Source of the DNA: an uncultured virus (IMG/VR IMGVR_UViG_3300020037_009485)
Taxonomy: Duplodnaviria; Heunggongvirae; Uroviricota; Caudoviricetes
Virus record (IMG/VR): IMGVR_UViG_3300020037_009485
Strand: one strand, 5' to 3'
Length of the DNA stretch: 64,000 bases
This document shows positions 7,797 through 18,213 of this stretch, in pieces (position 1 is the first letter of the stretch; each line of letters starts with the position of its first letter). The translations under genes were made by a program, and so were the position numbers. The notes beneath the pieces are model-generated. The model was not told the origin of the DNA, did not search any database, and was given only the letters and a program-made list of their open reading frames with translations.

Positions 7797-9971
7797 TTAA
7801 ATTGCCTTAGCCACGATATCGCTCTCGGGGTATTTTACTTCAAAAATAGTATCACTATAAGGTAATATTACTCCATTAACTTGATTCATTAAAAACTTAT
7901 TGTTACTTAAAGAAGCTGGAGTAGAGGAATTGTTTCTATAACGACCTGTTTCTATTGGAGAATAAACTCTACCTGATATAGGGTCTATATTACTTGTTGA
8001 TGTTCCGAAAATATTATAAAATTTCAAATCAACAACGTTTATCACACCGTTAATCTCTTGTAAAATAGTACTTACGTTTGATACAAATATTGGTTGATTA
8101 ATTTGCCAGTTGTTAATATTAAAATAATCTCTTAATTTATTTAAACATTCAAGTAATACTTGTTGCTTATTTTTCTTATCTACTAAAACTGTAAATTCTA
8201 CTTGAATATTTACAATTCTAGCATCTACTATATCAATCCAATCCCCTATTAATCTTTTTGTAGATAAAAATTCTCTTATATTTGTTTTCAATAATTCATT
8301 TGGTGATATCCAAATGTTATCACTATTTTTATATGCAGAAAGTAATTGTTGATTTTCATCTATTCCTAATACATATAACCTAGCCTTTTCCCCAATCCAT
8401 AAACTTGGTGCTACACCTAATAAGTTTAAAGATGTAGTATCTAACGTTGATTGAACTGTTGTATTATTTATAGTAACTGGACCATTTCTTAAATCTGTTA
8501 AGAATTTAGAAATAGCTTGTGCTTTCTGTTGTCTCCCTACTGCAGTAGTTTCTGCAAGTAAATCAGTTAACAATGAATTGACACCATTTTCTACTTGTTG
8601 ATAATTTGCCACTCTTGGTTTTATTTCCTCATAAGCTATACGAAAAGGTCTACCAAACTCTGGTGGCATAGTTGAAATGATACTCTTAATATCTTCATAA
8701 GTTACACCTCTGTCTTGTGCAGCAAACAATTTAGATGCAGTTGCTCTTATCTCTTCTTTAGAAGGAGCAGCTTTACCACCCATTGCTGGTATATCGTTTC
8801 TTACTTTCAACGAGTTTCTAACAGTTTGTAAATCTGTTAAAGATGCTGTTGGTGATGCAGGGAAAAATGTCTTGATAGCAACTGTGTTAATTTGACCTGT
8901 TTGAACATTAGATTCAACTCCGCCACCAATTCTATACTTTATAAATAAAGTTGTGTTCGGGGCAGGTATTTCACCTAAAACAGAATTTTGTAATACAGTA
9001 TTCAAAGAAATTGTACTTGAATTAACAACACTTTGTTGTATTAAACTATTAAAAGAATCAAACAATGGTGTACTAGAACCAAAAGTTAAAGAAACTAAAC
9101 CATTAACATCTCTTCTAGTAATAAATCTTTTAGGAATATCTACATATGTTCCTTGTTTTACTACTGGAGTAATATAACTTGCTAAACTTTGAGTAACTTG
9201 TTGAGTTGTATTTATATCAACGAATAATTTATTATCTGCTAAAGCTCTTACCTCAAACCATGCTTTGTCTGGGTCAATAAAATCTTCATCTGGAGGTGCT
9301 ACATATTGATTACCTGTCTTTGTAACAACACCTACAACTTCAGTAATATCATTATCATCTAATGTAATGTTTAAAAAAGGTTTAGCTAAATCAGCTGATA
9401 CATAAAATCTTTGTATTTTTGTCTCACCAGCCTTTGCAACTACTGCTTTTTCTACTACATAATCAATTATTTGATTGTTAGCATCAAAATTAGGGATTAT
9501 TTGTCGATTGAATGAATCAGCAAAATTAACTTCTTCTAAGATTTCAAAACTAACACCACTGTCTGATTTTAATAATATCCCAGGTTTCAAAGCAGGTAAT
9601 AAATCAGAGTTAGGAGAAACAACTCCTGTTAAAGGGTCTACATATTTAGGTACTGTGATAGATAACATCACTTGAGTTGAAGCAGGTGTTTGACCTAATT
9701 CAAAAAACCCTAAATCTTGTGCAATTCTAACTAATGATAAACCTGCTTGTGCAGTTGATAGAAAACTTTCGTTAAAACTCTTATCTGTATAATAAGATAA
9801 CATATCTCCTACGAAAGCACACATTTCTGCATACATTATATCTGGTGAAGCATCGTTAAAATAAGCAAACTTATCCGGATGATATTGTTTTGCAAAATTA
9901 ATTAAATCTTCTCTCAAAGAGTTAAAATCTCTACTTAAATAATTAACTTGAACGTTTTGTGTACTTGCCAT
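7797..9971 (-). CDS. baseplate wedge subunit (T4 gp6-like)
   Basis: NYLSRDFNSLREDL, FVGDMLSYY, YRIGGGVESNV, AQDRGVTYED; lies next to gp25 and gp5. Confidence 0.85.
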   Translation of the reverse strand: MASTQNVQVNYLSRDFNSLREDLINFAKQYHPDKFAYFNDASPDIMYAEMCAFVGDMLSYYTDKSFNESFLSTAQAGLSLVRIAQDLGFFELGQTPASTQVMLSITVPKYVDPLTGVVSPNSDLLPALKPGILLKSDSGVSFEILEEVNFADSFNRQIIPNFDANNQIIDYVVEKAVVAKAGETKIQRFYVSADLAKPFLNITLDDNDITEVVGVVTKTGNQYVAPPDEDFIDPDKAWFEVRALADNKLFVDINTTQQVTQSLASYITPVVKQGTYVDIPKRFITRRDVNGLVSLTFGSSTPLFDSFNSLIQQSVVNSSTISLNTVLQNSVLGEIPAPNTTLFIKYRIGGGVESNVQTGQINTVAIKTFFPASPTASLTDLQTVRNSLKVRNDIPAMGGKAAPSKEEIRATASKLFAAQDRGVTYEDIKSIISTMPPEFGRPFRIAYEEIKPRVANYQQVENGVNSLLTDLLAETTAVGRQQKAQAISKFLTDLRNGPVTINNTTVQSTLDTTSLNLLGVAPSLWIGEKARLYVLGIDENQQLLSAYKNSDNIWISPNELLKTNIREFLSTKRLIGDWIDIVDARIVNIQVEFTVLVDKKNKQQVLLECLNKLRDYFNINNWQINQPIFVSNVSTILQEINGVINVVDLKFYNIFGTSTSNIDPISGRVYSPIETGRYRNNSSTPASLSNNKFLMNQVNGVILPYSDTIFEVKYPESDIVAKAI

Positions 9972-9983
9972 TGCTTTTTTACT

Positions 9984-10829
9984 TTATTTCTTAAATTCCC
10001 ATTTATATTTACCAATTGTTGTTCTTCCTTTATATGAATTACAACATTCACTTATTCTAGAAGATGCTATATTTAGTGTCAACGCAGCTTCTTTTATTGA
10101 TGACCATTCTTTAACACTACCGTTTTCAAGAGATTTTTGCAAAACTTTTTTACAACGCTTTTCTGCATTTTTTCTAACTTGCTCACAATTTTCACTAGTT
10201 TTACCTTTCCAAAAGGTAACCGGGTTTTCCAATCGTCTTTCACGCATTTTAGCCTTAGCGACTTCTGAATGTTTATTTAACTTTTTTTCAACTCTCGTTT
10301 GTAACATTTTCTCTATTGATTCTAAAGATCGAGAATATGAATTGTTTTTTGTTCGTGTTTTTTTTGTTTTTTTACCTGCTAGTTTGGCAATTTTTTTTCT
10401 TTCTTTTTTTTGCTCTATAGTCATTTTTGCATAAAATACTTTATGACTTTTACTCATTTTAATTTTTGTCGCATTAGAAATTTTTTTACCTAAATTTGCT
10501 AGACGTAATTTTACCCGAGTAGTTTCAGAACATTTTACCTGTCCATACCCGCCACTGTTTCCATTAGTTAAATTAAACCCCCATGATTTATATAAACTGA
10601 TATAATGTTGTTCCCAAAATTGCCATTCTTTAAAAGAAACTTCATCTATGATTAAAAGTTCTGGTTTTAAATCTTCTTTTAACAAACTTTTAATCCAACT
10701 ACATTTATGTGTTTTTGTCTTATCTGTTAAATGTGCTTGTAAACGATACTTAGGCTTATTTGCTTTCCCAATATATCTTACTTTATTATCTCTAGGGTCA
10801 ATCAGTGCATAAATAAATGTTGTTTCCAT
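9984..10829 (-). mobile_element. free-standing GIY-YIG homing endonuclease with NUMOD3/NUMOD1-like DNA-binding repeats
   Basis: FIYALIDPRDNKVRYIGKA...RLQAH...EQHYI...NLTNG; repeated S.ET..K(L/M) units; C-terminal EWSSIKEAA...ISECC...YKWEF. Confidence 0.85.
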
Positions 10830-10877
10830 TTACTTTTAAGTTAAATATAACAAAATAAACAATTTTTTTTCCCTGAA

Positions 10878-11261
10878 CTACTGTATTAACAGTTCAAGTT
10901 GAGATATGTCAGATAAAGCTGTACCAAACTCTACGTTAACTTTTAAAACACTTGTATTATTCTCTATTACTTTAGTTAAAGTAATGTTAGTAAATGTAAC
11001 TCCAGGGAATTGTTTAGTTAATTCATTTTTCAATTCATCAGCAAAACCTGATAAAGCTTCTTGTGGAATTAATTTATGTTGCAAAGAAGGTAAAAAAGAT
11101 CCAATAGGATTCCCTCTTCTCTGACCTTTTTCTGTTATCAAGAATAATTTTATAGCACTTGTTATCGTATCGTTAACTGTATGAGCTCTTTTCAACCCAT
11201 TTGTTTCTGAGTCTTTTTGAAAAGGAAAAAGTAATGAGGCAGATTTTTTCATTAATGACAA
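10878..11261 (-). CDS. baseplate wedge gp25-like protein
   Basis: LLFPF...IKLFLITEKGQRRGNPIGSFL. Confidence 0.8.
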   Translation of the reverse strand: MSLMKKSASLLFPFQKDSETNGLKRAHTVNDTITSAIKLFLITEKGQRRGNPIGSFLPSLQHKLIPQEALSGFADELKNELTKQFPGVTFTNITLTKVIENNTSVLKVNVEFGTALSDISQLELLIQ

Positions 11262-11599
11262 ATAATTCTTATGATTGTTGGTGAACTTGTTGAACCAATA
11301 ACACTTATTGTTACTGTTTGATCGTTTATATCTTTTATATAAGGTAGATTACCTGAATATTGTGGTATTATTAAATTTACACTTGGTGTATAACCTAGAC
11401 CGTGTGTAAAACTATATACTCCTAAGTTGTTTGTAATAGTTACTAACCCTGAATCTTTTGTTTCAGTTATAGCTTTTGCTGATATTTTAGCTATCATAAC
11501 TGATTTTGGAGATGGAGCAATTCCAGGTGTTGTTAGATTTGATATCTCTACACCTGCTGCTAACATTTTTTTCTCTATACCTTCTTGTCTTGTAGCCAT
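11252..11599 (-). CDS. hypothetical baseplate/tail-associated protein
   Basis: Lies between gp5 and gp25; FTHGLGYTPSV beta-rich C-terminus. Confidence 0.45.
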   Translation of the reverse strand: MATRQEGIEKKMLAAGVEISNLTTPGIAPSPKSVMIAKISAKAITETKDSGLVTITNNLGVYSFTHGLGYTPSVNLIIPQYSGNLPYIKDINDQTVTISVIGSTSSPTIIRIICH

Positions 11600-12537
11600 T
11601 ATGAAATTGTTATATACTTACTATGACCTTCACCTTTTTGCTTTAACTTATTAAAATCTAAAGTTAATTTTTGATATGACGCTTGAATTGACGGAGCTGA
11701 TGGTGAAGGTGATACTGGTGAACCGGGATATGTAGTAGTTCCAGGTGAAGTATTTAAAAGTGTAATAATTTGATTTAATAAATTTAATTGTGATTGCATA
11801 AATGTAAATAAAGGATCAGCAAAAACTGGTTGATGTTTTTTATTAGACTGATTCGCTAGAAATTCAAACTCTTTTGCATTTGATATAAACTTTTCAGTTA
11901 ATTCAATTTTACTTTCATCATTGTTTTCACCTTCATTTTGAACTAAAGTAGTTTTACCTTTTTCAAATAAAAGTTTATTCTTATCTTTACCTCTCAATCC
12001 AACTTTATAATTAACTGTTTTCTTTTTTGATTGAATTGAAGATCTATTACCTTTACCAGGTGTATTGTTATAATTTACTCTGATTGATTCTTCTGCATTT
12101 TCCCATGCTGTGTTAGAATCAATTTCTTCATTTAGTCTTTCTTTATCAAAAAGATCAGTTGATGATAATTCATTAGATGCTGCAAACCAAATTCTACCTG
12201 CAAAAGGTGAAGAAGGATCCATCAATCCAACTAAAACAACAGACCCGTTCTCTGGTGATTCAACATACCTACCATGTGCAGCAATACAATAAGGTAATTT
12301 ATCATGACCTTCTGTATTTGTTAATTCTCCGCTATCATTATAGTAAAAAGCATCATCAATTAAGGGGATCCTTACTCTAATACGATTTGCATTATCTGGG
12401 TCCTCTGAATCAATAACTTGTCCGAAGTAGAAAACACGGTTTATACCATTTTTTTCAGCTCCACTTAATAAATCCCCGACTCTTCCACTTAAAAATGTTT
12501 CAGGGCGAGAGACACTAATACGATTTTGCTTAGCCAT
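11599..12537 (-). CDS. baseplate hub/spike (gp5/VgrG OB-fold)
   Basis: YFGQVIDSEDPDNANRIRVRIP...LPYC...PENGSVVLV. Confidence 0.8.
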   Translation of the reverse strand: MAKQNRISVSRPETFLSGRVGDLLSGAEKNGINRVFYFGQVIDSEDPDNANRIRVRIPLIDDAFYYNDSGELTNTEGHDKLPYCIAAHGRYVESPENGSVVLVGLMDPSSPFAGRIWFAASNELSSTDLFDKERLNEEIDSNTAWENAEESIRVNYNNTPGKGNRSSIQSKKKTVNYKVGLRGKDKNKLLFEKGKTTLVQNEGENNDESKIELTEKFISNAKEFEFLANQSNKKHQPVFADPLFTFMQSQLNLLNQIITLLNTSPGTTTYPGSPVSPSPSAPSIQASYQKLTLDFNKLKQKGEGHSKYITIS

Positions 12538-12712
12538 TCAATTCTTTTCTTATTTTCAATTCACCTGTAATAAGCATTAATTCTTTATATAAAGAATCTA
12601 ACTCAGCACATTGCTTAATAAGGGAAAGACGTAAACTTTCCGATTTAGTATGTAAAAGATTACGTCTTTGTTCTAGTTCTTCACTTGAAATATTTTTATA
12701 TTTACTCATCAC
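12530..12712 (-). CDS. small coiled-coil hypothetical protein
   Basis: Overlaps both neighbours in the operon. Confidence 0.5.
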   Translation of the reverse strand: MMSKYKNISSEELEQRRNLLHTKSESLRLSLIKQCAELDSLYKELMLITGELKIRKELNG

Positions 12713-13055
12713 CGTCTTCGTCTTCTTGTAAGTACATATCTAACCCTTTTACGATGTTTTCTGGAGACATATCATCTTGATTTGTAGATTTATCTAAAAA
12801 TTCTTTAGATTTTACCCTATCCTTTACTAGATTTACTACTTTTATTATTCGATCCCTTGCAGCTCCTTTGATTTTTAAAGCATCAGATAATAAAGTACCA
12901 TAACTTTCTTTACCTAAAGTGTTATTTAAAACCTCTGTTTTATATAAGTTTACATTTAAGTTTGCTTCTTCAACATCGTCCAAACAACTGTTATATAAAT
13001 CGTTTATAAGTTCCTCTAGTCCATCATCACTAACTTTAACTTTTTTCTTAGCCAT
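12702..13055 (-). CDS. hypothetical protein
   Basis: In-operon ORF. Confidence 0.6.
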   Translation of the reverse strand: MAKKKVKVSDDGLEELINDLYNSCLDDVEEANLNVNLYKTEVLNNTLGKESYGTLLSDALKIKGAARDRIIKVVNLVKDRVKSKEFLDKSTNQDDMSPENIVKGLDMYLQEDEDGDE

Positions 13056-13455
13056 TATTAATTTCTTTTTGAATATTAATTACTACTTTCTCAAACTCAG
13101 ACAATTCAGGTTGATTTATGTACCCTATATATAAATCTCTTGTAAAAACTGTACCTAATTCATTATGAAGTGATGTAGTATAATAACTGTCTTTATCTAT
13201 AAATAAATTTTTTTCATCTATAAAATCAAACTCATCTACAAAATTTATTACTCCCCTTAACATAACGTGTGAAGTCATTATTCTAGATGAATTTATTTCC
13301 GGGTATTTTTCTAAAATTTTATGCTTAATACTATTTGCCATTGTTTTAGTTCTACTAACCAAAGCAACTGTTTTTCCATTCAATACCTCTACAACTAATC
13401 TTTCTATAAGTCTAGCTGTTTTCCCTGTTTGTCTTGGTGCAATTTCTACATACAT
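13048..13455 (-). CDS. stand-alone terminase-like P-loop ATPase fragment with IxxEI tail
   Basis: PRQTGKT (Walker A), FVDEFDF (Walker B); only 135 aa; ends VVINIQKEINNG. Confidence 0.65.
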   Translation of the reverse strand: MYVEIAPRQTGKTARLIERLVVEVLNGKTVALVSRTKTMANSIKHKILEKYPEINSSRIMTSHVMLRGVINFVDEFDFIDEKNLFIDKDSYYTTSLHNELGTVFTRDLYIGYINQPELSEFEKVVINIQKEINNG

Positions 13456-13491
13456 TATAATAATTTTAAATAGTTAATCAACTTCTTGTTT

Positions 13492-14493
13492 TTAATTTAA
13501 ACCAAGTCCTTCATATTTTAATAAGCTATTACTTAAATATCTATGAAAATCATTAAGAGACTTAGCTGATTTAATCTCTTCAATCATACTTTCTTTGTTC
13601 TCTATATTAATTTTAGTGTTTTGTAGGTAATCACAAACTAGTTTTTTTCCCTCTTTCAAATCTTCAGTTGTAAAAGCTTGTGTGATGATTTTATCTAAAG
13701 TTGAAGTTGCTTTAACTTTAGGTTTATCTTCTTTATTTTTTTGAGGTTTAACAGGTTGCATTAAAAAGTCATAAACTAAAGTTTTAAATTTCTTTAAACT
13801 TCTTGCAACTACAGGAGGGTTTAATTGTGTGTAATAACACAATTGGCGTATAAATTCGTTTTTTGTTTTAAATTCAATTCGATGCCAATTAGACAACATA
13901 TATTTTAAAGTATGACCAACGATTAAATCGTTTTTATTCATTCTTTTAGCTAAAAGCGTCTTATCTAATTGTTCAACTAAATTTCTTTTTAAATCATCAA
14001 AATCTTTTGGATCTCTTCTATTGTCTGGAATTTGATCATTCAAATCATCAACATCTAGCATTCCACCATGCTTTGCAATTAAGCTATCATTTTGAATTTT
14101 AATTTGCAGGAAATAATTCTTTACAACAGTACCTAGATATGAATAAGCTTTAGCTAATTGCCCATTTTTACCTATTCTATTAGGGTCATATTTATGAATT
14201 TGAAAGACTAAATGGTAGAAAGCATCTTCTCTTAACTGTTCTTCGTTAGAGCCAATGATTACGATTTTCTGAAACTTAGGCATTTGTAAGACACCATTTA
14301 CTAATTCCCTAAAACAAGGTTCTAGTATTGTTTCAAATATTTTATTTTTCTCTCTTTCTGTGAGATCCTTTGACAGGTATTGTTTAACTGCTAACTCTTC
14401 TTTAGCACCAAAATATCCTTCTTTAACTGGGGTAGATTCGTCAATTACTTTTGCTTTTCTACCTCTTTTTTTCTTTTGTGATTCTTCTTGCAT
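13492..14493 (-). CDS. putative phage sigma factor (T4 gp55-like late sigma)
   Basis: IHKYDPN...KAYSYLGTVVKNYF resembles the gp55/sigma region-2 segment. Confidence 0.55.
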   Translation of the reverse strand: MQEESQKKKRGRKAKVIDESTPVKEGYFGAKEELAVKQYLSKDLTEREKNKIFETILEPCFRELVNGVLQMPKFQKIVIIGSNEEQLREDAFYHLVFQIHKYDPNRIGKNGQLAKAYSYLGTVVKNYFLQIKIQNDSLIAKHGGMLDVDDLNDQIPDNRRDPKDFDDLKRNLVEQLDKTLLAKRMNKNDLIVGHTLKYMLSNWHRIEFKTKNEFIRQLCYYTQLNPPVVARSLKKFKTLVYDFLMQPVKPQKNKEDKPKVKATSTLDKIITQAFTTEDLKEGKKLVCDYLQNTKINIENKESMIEEIKSAKSLNDFHRYLSNSLLKYEGLGLN

Positions 14494-14519
14494 TTATTCT
14501 ATAACCGATTGATAAAAGA

Positions 14520-14544
14520 TTAGCTCTTCATTGCAAAGAGCTAA
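14520..14544 (-). terminator. terminator-like hairpin
   Basis: TTAGCTCTT...AAGAGCTAA inverted repeat in an intergenic gap. Confidence 0.5.
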
Positions 14545-14573
14545 ATTTGTTTTTGGTTATGAGAATAAAAATT

Positions 14574-15251
14574 TTAAGGATTAACTACTGTAGTGAGAAA
14601 GACTTCTTGCGTTTTTTTAAACTCTTCTAATTTTTCGTCTTTTGAAACGTTTTTAAGTTCGTAATCTTTTTTGCAAAGAAGTAAAGTTCGCGGGATACTT
14701 TTAACTTTTACATCATTACTTAATACACGATTAAAAAATTCAAAATAAGAGTAATATTTAATATCTTCTTTAAATGAATATTTTTTAAGTATATCAAGTG
14801 GAATAATTGCCCCATATTGAATCAAATCAATTCCTCTTTTAGATAATTTTAAATCTAACTTACCTACTTCATCAGTTAAATAAGGTTTCCATAAAGACGA
14901 ATTTAAAAATGCTCTGAAAGAATATTCACCTGCTTCCTCTGTATACAATTCAACTATTGGTAGATAAATTGTTTCTTTGTCAGAACCTACATATTCTTCT
15001 ACAGTTTTTCTAAAATGATCTTTTAAAGTTGAACCAGCGTTTATAATAACAACATGTGTAAATGCATCAGCTGTTTTATTAACTTCTTTATTGATTTCTT
15101 CTTCTTCTTTGTTTAATTCGTATCTCACAACACTTACTTCATCTCTAGATGAACCAATAATAGTTGTAACACTTTTTAATGTTTCAGAAATTAGATTTGC
15201 TTCTGTAGCATCTTCACTCTTAGGAACAGTAACGATATATTTAATTTTCAT
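14574..15251 (-). CDS. putative glycosyltransferase (GT-A-like, degenerate)
   Basis: YLPIVE...GAII...FKEDIKYYSYFEFFNR...VKSIPR pattern; no clear DxD. Confidence 0.45.
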   Translation of the reverse strand: MKIKYIVTVPKSEDATEANLISETLKSVTTIIGSSRDEVSVVRYELNKEEEEINKEVNKTADAFTHVVIINAGSTLKDHFRKTVEEYVGSDKETIYLPIVELYTEEAGEYSFRAFLNSSLWKPYLTDEVGKLDLKLSKRGIDLIQYGAIIPLDILKKYSFKEDIKYYSYFEFFNRVLSNDVKVKSIPRTLLLCKKDYELKNVSKDEKLEEFKKTQEVFLTTVVNP

Positions 15252-15559
15252 TATATTTTTATTTCAAATTTTAAAGGATTATTCTTAGTACTTTCAACTA
15301 ACCCGGTAATCAATTGATCTTCTTTGGTTAATTCTACTCGAAAAATAGGTAGTTTTAACTTTAGTAACAACATTTCAGATAATTCTTTTTGCCAATGTTC
15401 AATATCAACAAATTCTTTTGAACTTATCTTTTTAAAAATAAACTCATTAACTATTACGCTAATGAGTTTATTCTCTAATGTATAACCTATAGGGATTTCT
15501 ATAGACTTAACAGGTTCAATCATATTATTTTCTTTTAATTGTATGGTTATACAAGACAT
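15251..15559 (-). CDS. hypothetical protein
   Basis: ORF track; in operon. Confidence 0.5.
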   Translation of the reverse strand: MSCITIQLKENNMIEPVKSIEIPIGYTLENKLISVIVNEFIFKKISSKEFVDIEHWQKELSEMLLLKLKLPIFRVELTKEDQLITGLVESTKNNPLKFEIKI

Positions 15560-15809
15560 TTACTTGTACTGGACTAACTCCTGGAGCATTAACTTGCTTA
15601 AGTGCTTTCGACTCTTCTTGTTTTGCTTTATCTAAAATAGCTTTTAATTCTTCTGGTCCAACTTGTGTGGTTTGAACTATTTTAGACACTTCAGGTAAAT
15701 TAGATTTGTCTTGCTTTTTAGGTCTACCTTTTTTACCTGGAGCTTTATTTGTTGTTTTTGACAACTTTTTTAATGGTTTTTCTTCTTTTTGTGTTCCACG
15801 TTGTGCCAT
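15525..15809 (-). CDS. basic hypothetical protein (AT-hook-like KKGRPKK)
   Basis: Lys-rich N-terminus containing GRP. Confidence 0.5.
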   Translation of the reverse strand: MAQRGTQKEEKPLKKLSKTTNKAPGKKGRPKKQDKSNLPEVSKIVQTTQVGPEELKAILDKAKQEESKALKQVNAPGVSPVQVNVLYNHTIKRK

Positions 15810-15937
15810 TTATTTTATTTTTTATATTCAAAGTTAAATAACTTAACTCACTATAATTAATTGCAACAAGGTCAATCAAATCTGTGTGAGTTAAATTATC
15901 AGGACAAAGTCCTATTATGTGTAATAATTCATGCATA

Positions 15938-17191
15938 CTATTTTACTACTGACATTGCTGGTTCTTGAGCTCCTTTATTTTCTAAAGGCATAACCAAGTC
16001 ATCTAACATTGTCTCGTCTAATTTCCCTTGATCTACTGCAGTCTTTATAGCAGTAAACAACTTTACTTTATGTGCTTGTAGATCTTTTGTTGCACTCAAC
16101 AAACGAGATTTTACCTGCTTAACATCATAATTATCTAAAACTTTATCAACTGATAAAGGGGCAATGTTATTTTCTAACCAATTGATGCAAAACTCAGCTA
16201 TCATTTCAGCTAAAATAAATAAGTCGTTCGTTGGAGCCCAAATCATTCCTTCTTGTTCAGATAAATGTTCCATACCTCTACCATATACAGCAATCACAGG
16301 TACATTACTTGCTAAAGCTTCTAAAGGTGGAGCAGGATGTCCAGCTTTTTCATCTACAAAAACCAAACAAGATGATCTCTTTAAAGTTTCTGTGTAATTT
16401 TCAACATCCAATTTCTTTAGAACTCTAAATTGGAATAAATCTAAAAATGGATATTTGCTATAGAAAATATTAATTAATGCTTGAGCATCTTCTCTACTAC
16501 GACAAGATAAAGCTATAGAAGGTTGAATTTCTGTTTTACTTAAAGGTTTAAAACTTTCTCTATCAATTGAATAACCTGTAACATGATATTTTAACTCTGG
16601 CCATAGTTTAGAGTAATCTTCTTTCAATTGTTCAGATAAACATAATACATCTGTAAAACCTAAAGTACTCCAGTTAGCTCCTGGCTCTGCTGTGTAAAAT
16701 CCACCATAACCTGTTGCTAATACAATTTTATGTAAAGTTTTTGTGTTAATGAATCCTGTCATCACAGTCCAAAACCCATCAGGTATAATAATTGAATCAG
16801 TTGGAAAGAAACTAAAATCTGGTTTTGATAATTTACCAAACTTATCTTTCTCTTGAAGATAGTTAATAGTTATACCTTTTGACTCTTCAGCTTTTAAGTA
16901 AGAAGGTTTAAATCCTTTTACTTCATGAATAATTTGTGCATTAAAGCCAAGTTCATTAAGTAAACGAGCATGCTCATAAACAGTTCTAACTAAAGTACAA
17001 GCAAAAGGAATATCAGGACAATATAATAAATAACGATTTTTATTATCTCCAAATTCATTAAAGATTCTCTCTAACTTATTATATCTTTGTTCTTTTCTTT
17101 TTTCTTCTGACATTTTCATATCTGTTTGTGTTCTAAATCCAGCTTCTAATTGCTTTTGAAACTCTGATTTTTTTCTATTTTTCTTACCCAT
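15938..17191 (-). CDS. glycosyltransferase, GT-B (GT4-like) fold
   Basis: YEHARLLNELGFNAQIIH, IIIPD, EKAGHPAPPLEALASNVPVI (variant of EGFGLPPLEAMA). Confidence 0.75.
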   Translation of the reverse strand: MGKKNRKKSEFQKQLEAGFRTQTDMKMSEEKRKEQRYNKLERIFNEFGDNKNRYLLYCPDIPFACTLVRTVYEHARLLNELGFNAQIIHEVKGFKPSYLKAEESKGITINYLQEKDKFGKLSKPDFSFFPTDSIIIPDGFWTVMTGFINTKTLHKIVLATGYGGFYTAEPGANWSTLGFTDVLCLSEQLKEDYSKLWPELKYHVTGYSIDRESFKPLSKTEIQPSIALSCRSREDAQALINIFYSKYPFLDLFQFRVLKKLDVENYTETLKRSSCLVFVDEKAGHPAPPLEALASNVPVIAVYGRGMEHLSEQEGMIWAPTNDLFILAEMIAEFCINWLENNIAPLSVDKVLDNYDVKQVKSRLLSATKDLQAHKVKLFTAIKTAVDQGKLDETMLDDLVMPLENKGAQEPAMSVVK

Positions 17192-17245
17192 TGTTTTGTG
17201 TTCGAATGTTTTTCATTTTTGTTAAAAGTGATTATTTTATCTAGT

Positions 17246-17575
17246 TTAATCAACTTTAGTCTCTAATTCTTTTTTAATCTTATCTATTTCTTGATGTAGT
17301 TCTATATGTTTATCATAAGCATCTTTATCTATTAAGTTATAGACTGGGTAAATTAACTTAATATCAACACCATATTCTATAGAAGTATCTGGAACAACAA
17401 TTACTTTAACAGTAAAACCTTCTTGTTCTAATTCTTTTTGTAAAATAGTTTGAACTTCTTGACTACTTTTCGTTGCCTCCTCCATCCTAAGTCCTTTTAT
17501 ACCTATAGTTGCTTGAAATATTAAATAATTTTTAATCATAATGTATTTTGCTTTGTTTCTAATTCCATAAACCAA
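17246..17575 (-). CDS. hypothetical protein with IxxEL-like tail
   Basis: Ends EIDKIKKELETKVD. Confidence 0.55.
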   Translation of the reverse strand: MVYGIRNKAKYIMIKNYLIFQATIGIKGLRMEEATKSSQEVQTILQKELEQEGFTVKVIVVPDTSIEYGVDIKLIYPVYNLIDKDAYDKHIELHQEIDKIKKELETKVD

Positions 17576-18213
17576 TCTAAAAGTTTCTGCGTAGGTTTCT
17601 CAAACTTACCTACACCTTCTATAACTTTACCTTCTTCTAAAAAAGGGTTCCATAAACCTATAAACTCTTTCCCTAAAGATTCTAATTCACTTTCACTTAC
17701 AAATCTTACTTCTTTTACAAACAAACCAGATTTAGATAAAAACGCAAAAGTATTAGCTACTTTTCTTGTATGTGTAATTACATCTAATAAAACTACATCA
17801 AACAATTTACTTTGAGCTAAATTAACAATGTTAATATCAGCTTTATTAGCAATAATACCTTGTCCAAATAAATTAAAAGACCACTCTTCTAAAAATTTAG
17901 ATAAATGATCTTTGTTAAAGAAATACTTTGTATATGTTAAATCGAATCCAGGTTCCCAATTGGAATTAGGGACTGGTGTTTTAGAGTAAAAAGTAATCAT
18001 TTCTGGGTGTAGTTTCTTTTCTTTCTCCCAGAAGTTATTTTCATCTAAAATATCTTCTTCACCTAAATTAGCAGCAGAAGCTACACCTACTAATACTTGT
18101 TCTTTAAACTTTAGATAACTTTCTTTAAAATTAGGTACACGAAGACTATAGTCGATAACAATACCAACACGAGGTCTTCTAGATACTTTTTTCTTCTTCA
18201 TTTTTTGTATCAA
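17536..18213 (-). CDS. hypothetical protein, possibly a degenerate HAD-like fold
   Basis: RVGIVIDYSLR N-terminal strand; weak. Confidence 0.4.
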   Translation of the reverse strand: MIQKMKKKKVSRRPRVGIVIDYSLRVPNFKESYLKFKEQVLVGVASAANLGEEDILDENNFWEKEKKLHPEMITFYSKTPVPNSNWEPGFDLTYTKYFFNKDHLSKFLEEWSFNLFGQGIIANKADINIVNLAQSKLFDVVLLDVITHTRKVANTFAFLSKSGLFVKEVRFVSESELESLGKEFIGLWNPFLEEGKVIEGVGKFEKPTQKLLDWFMELETKQNTL

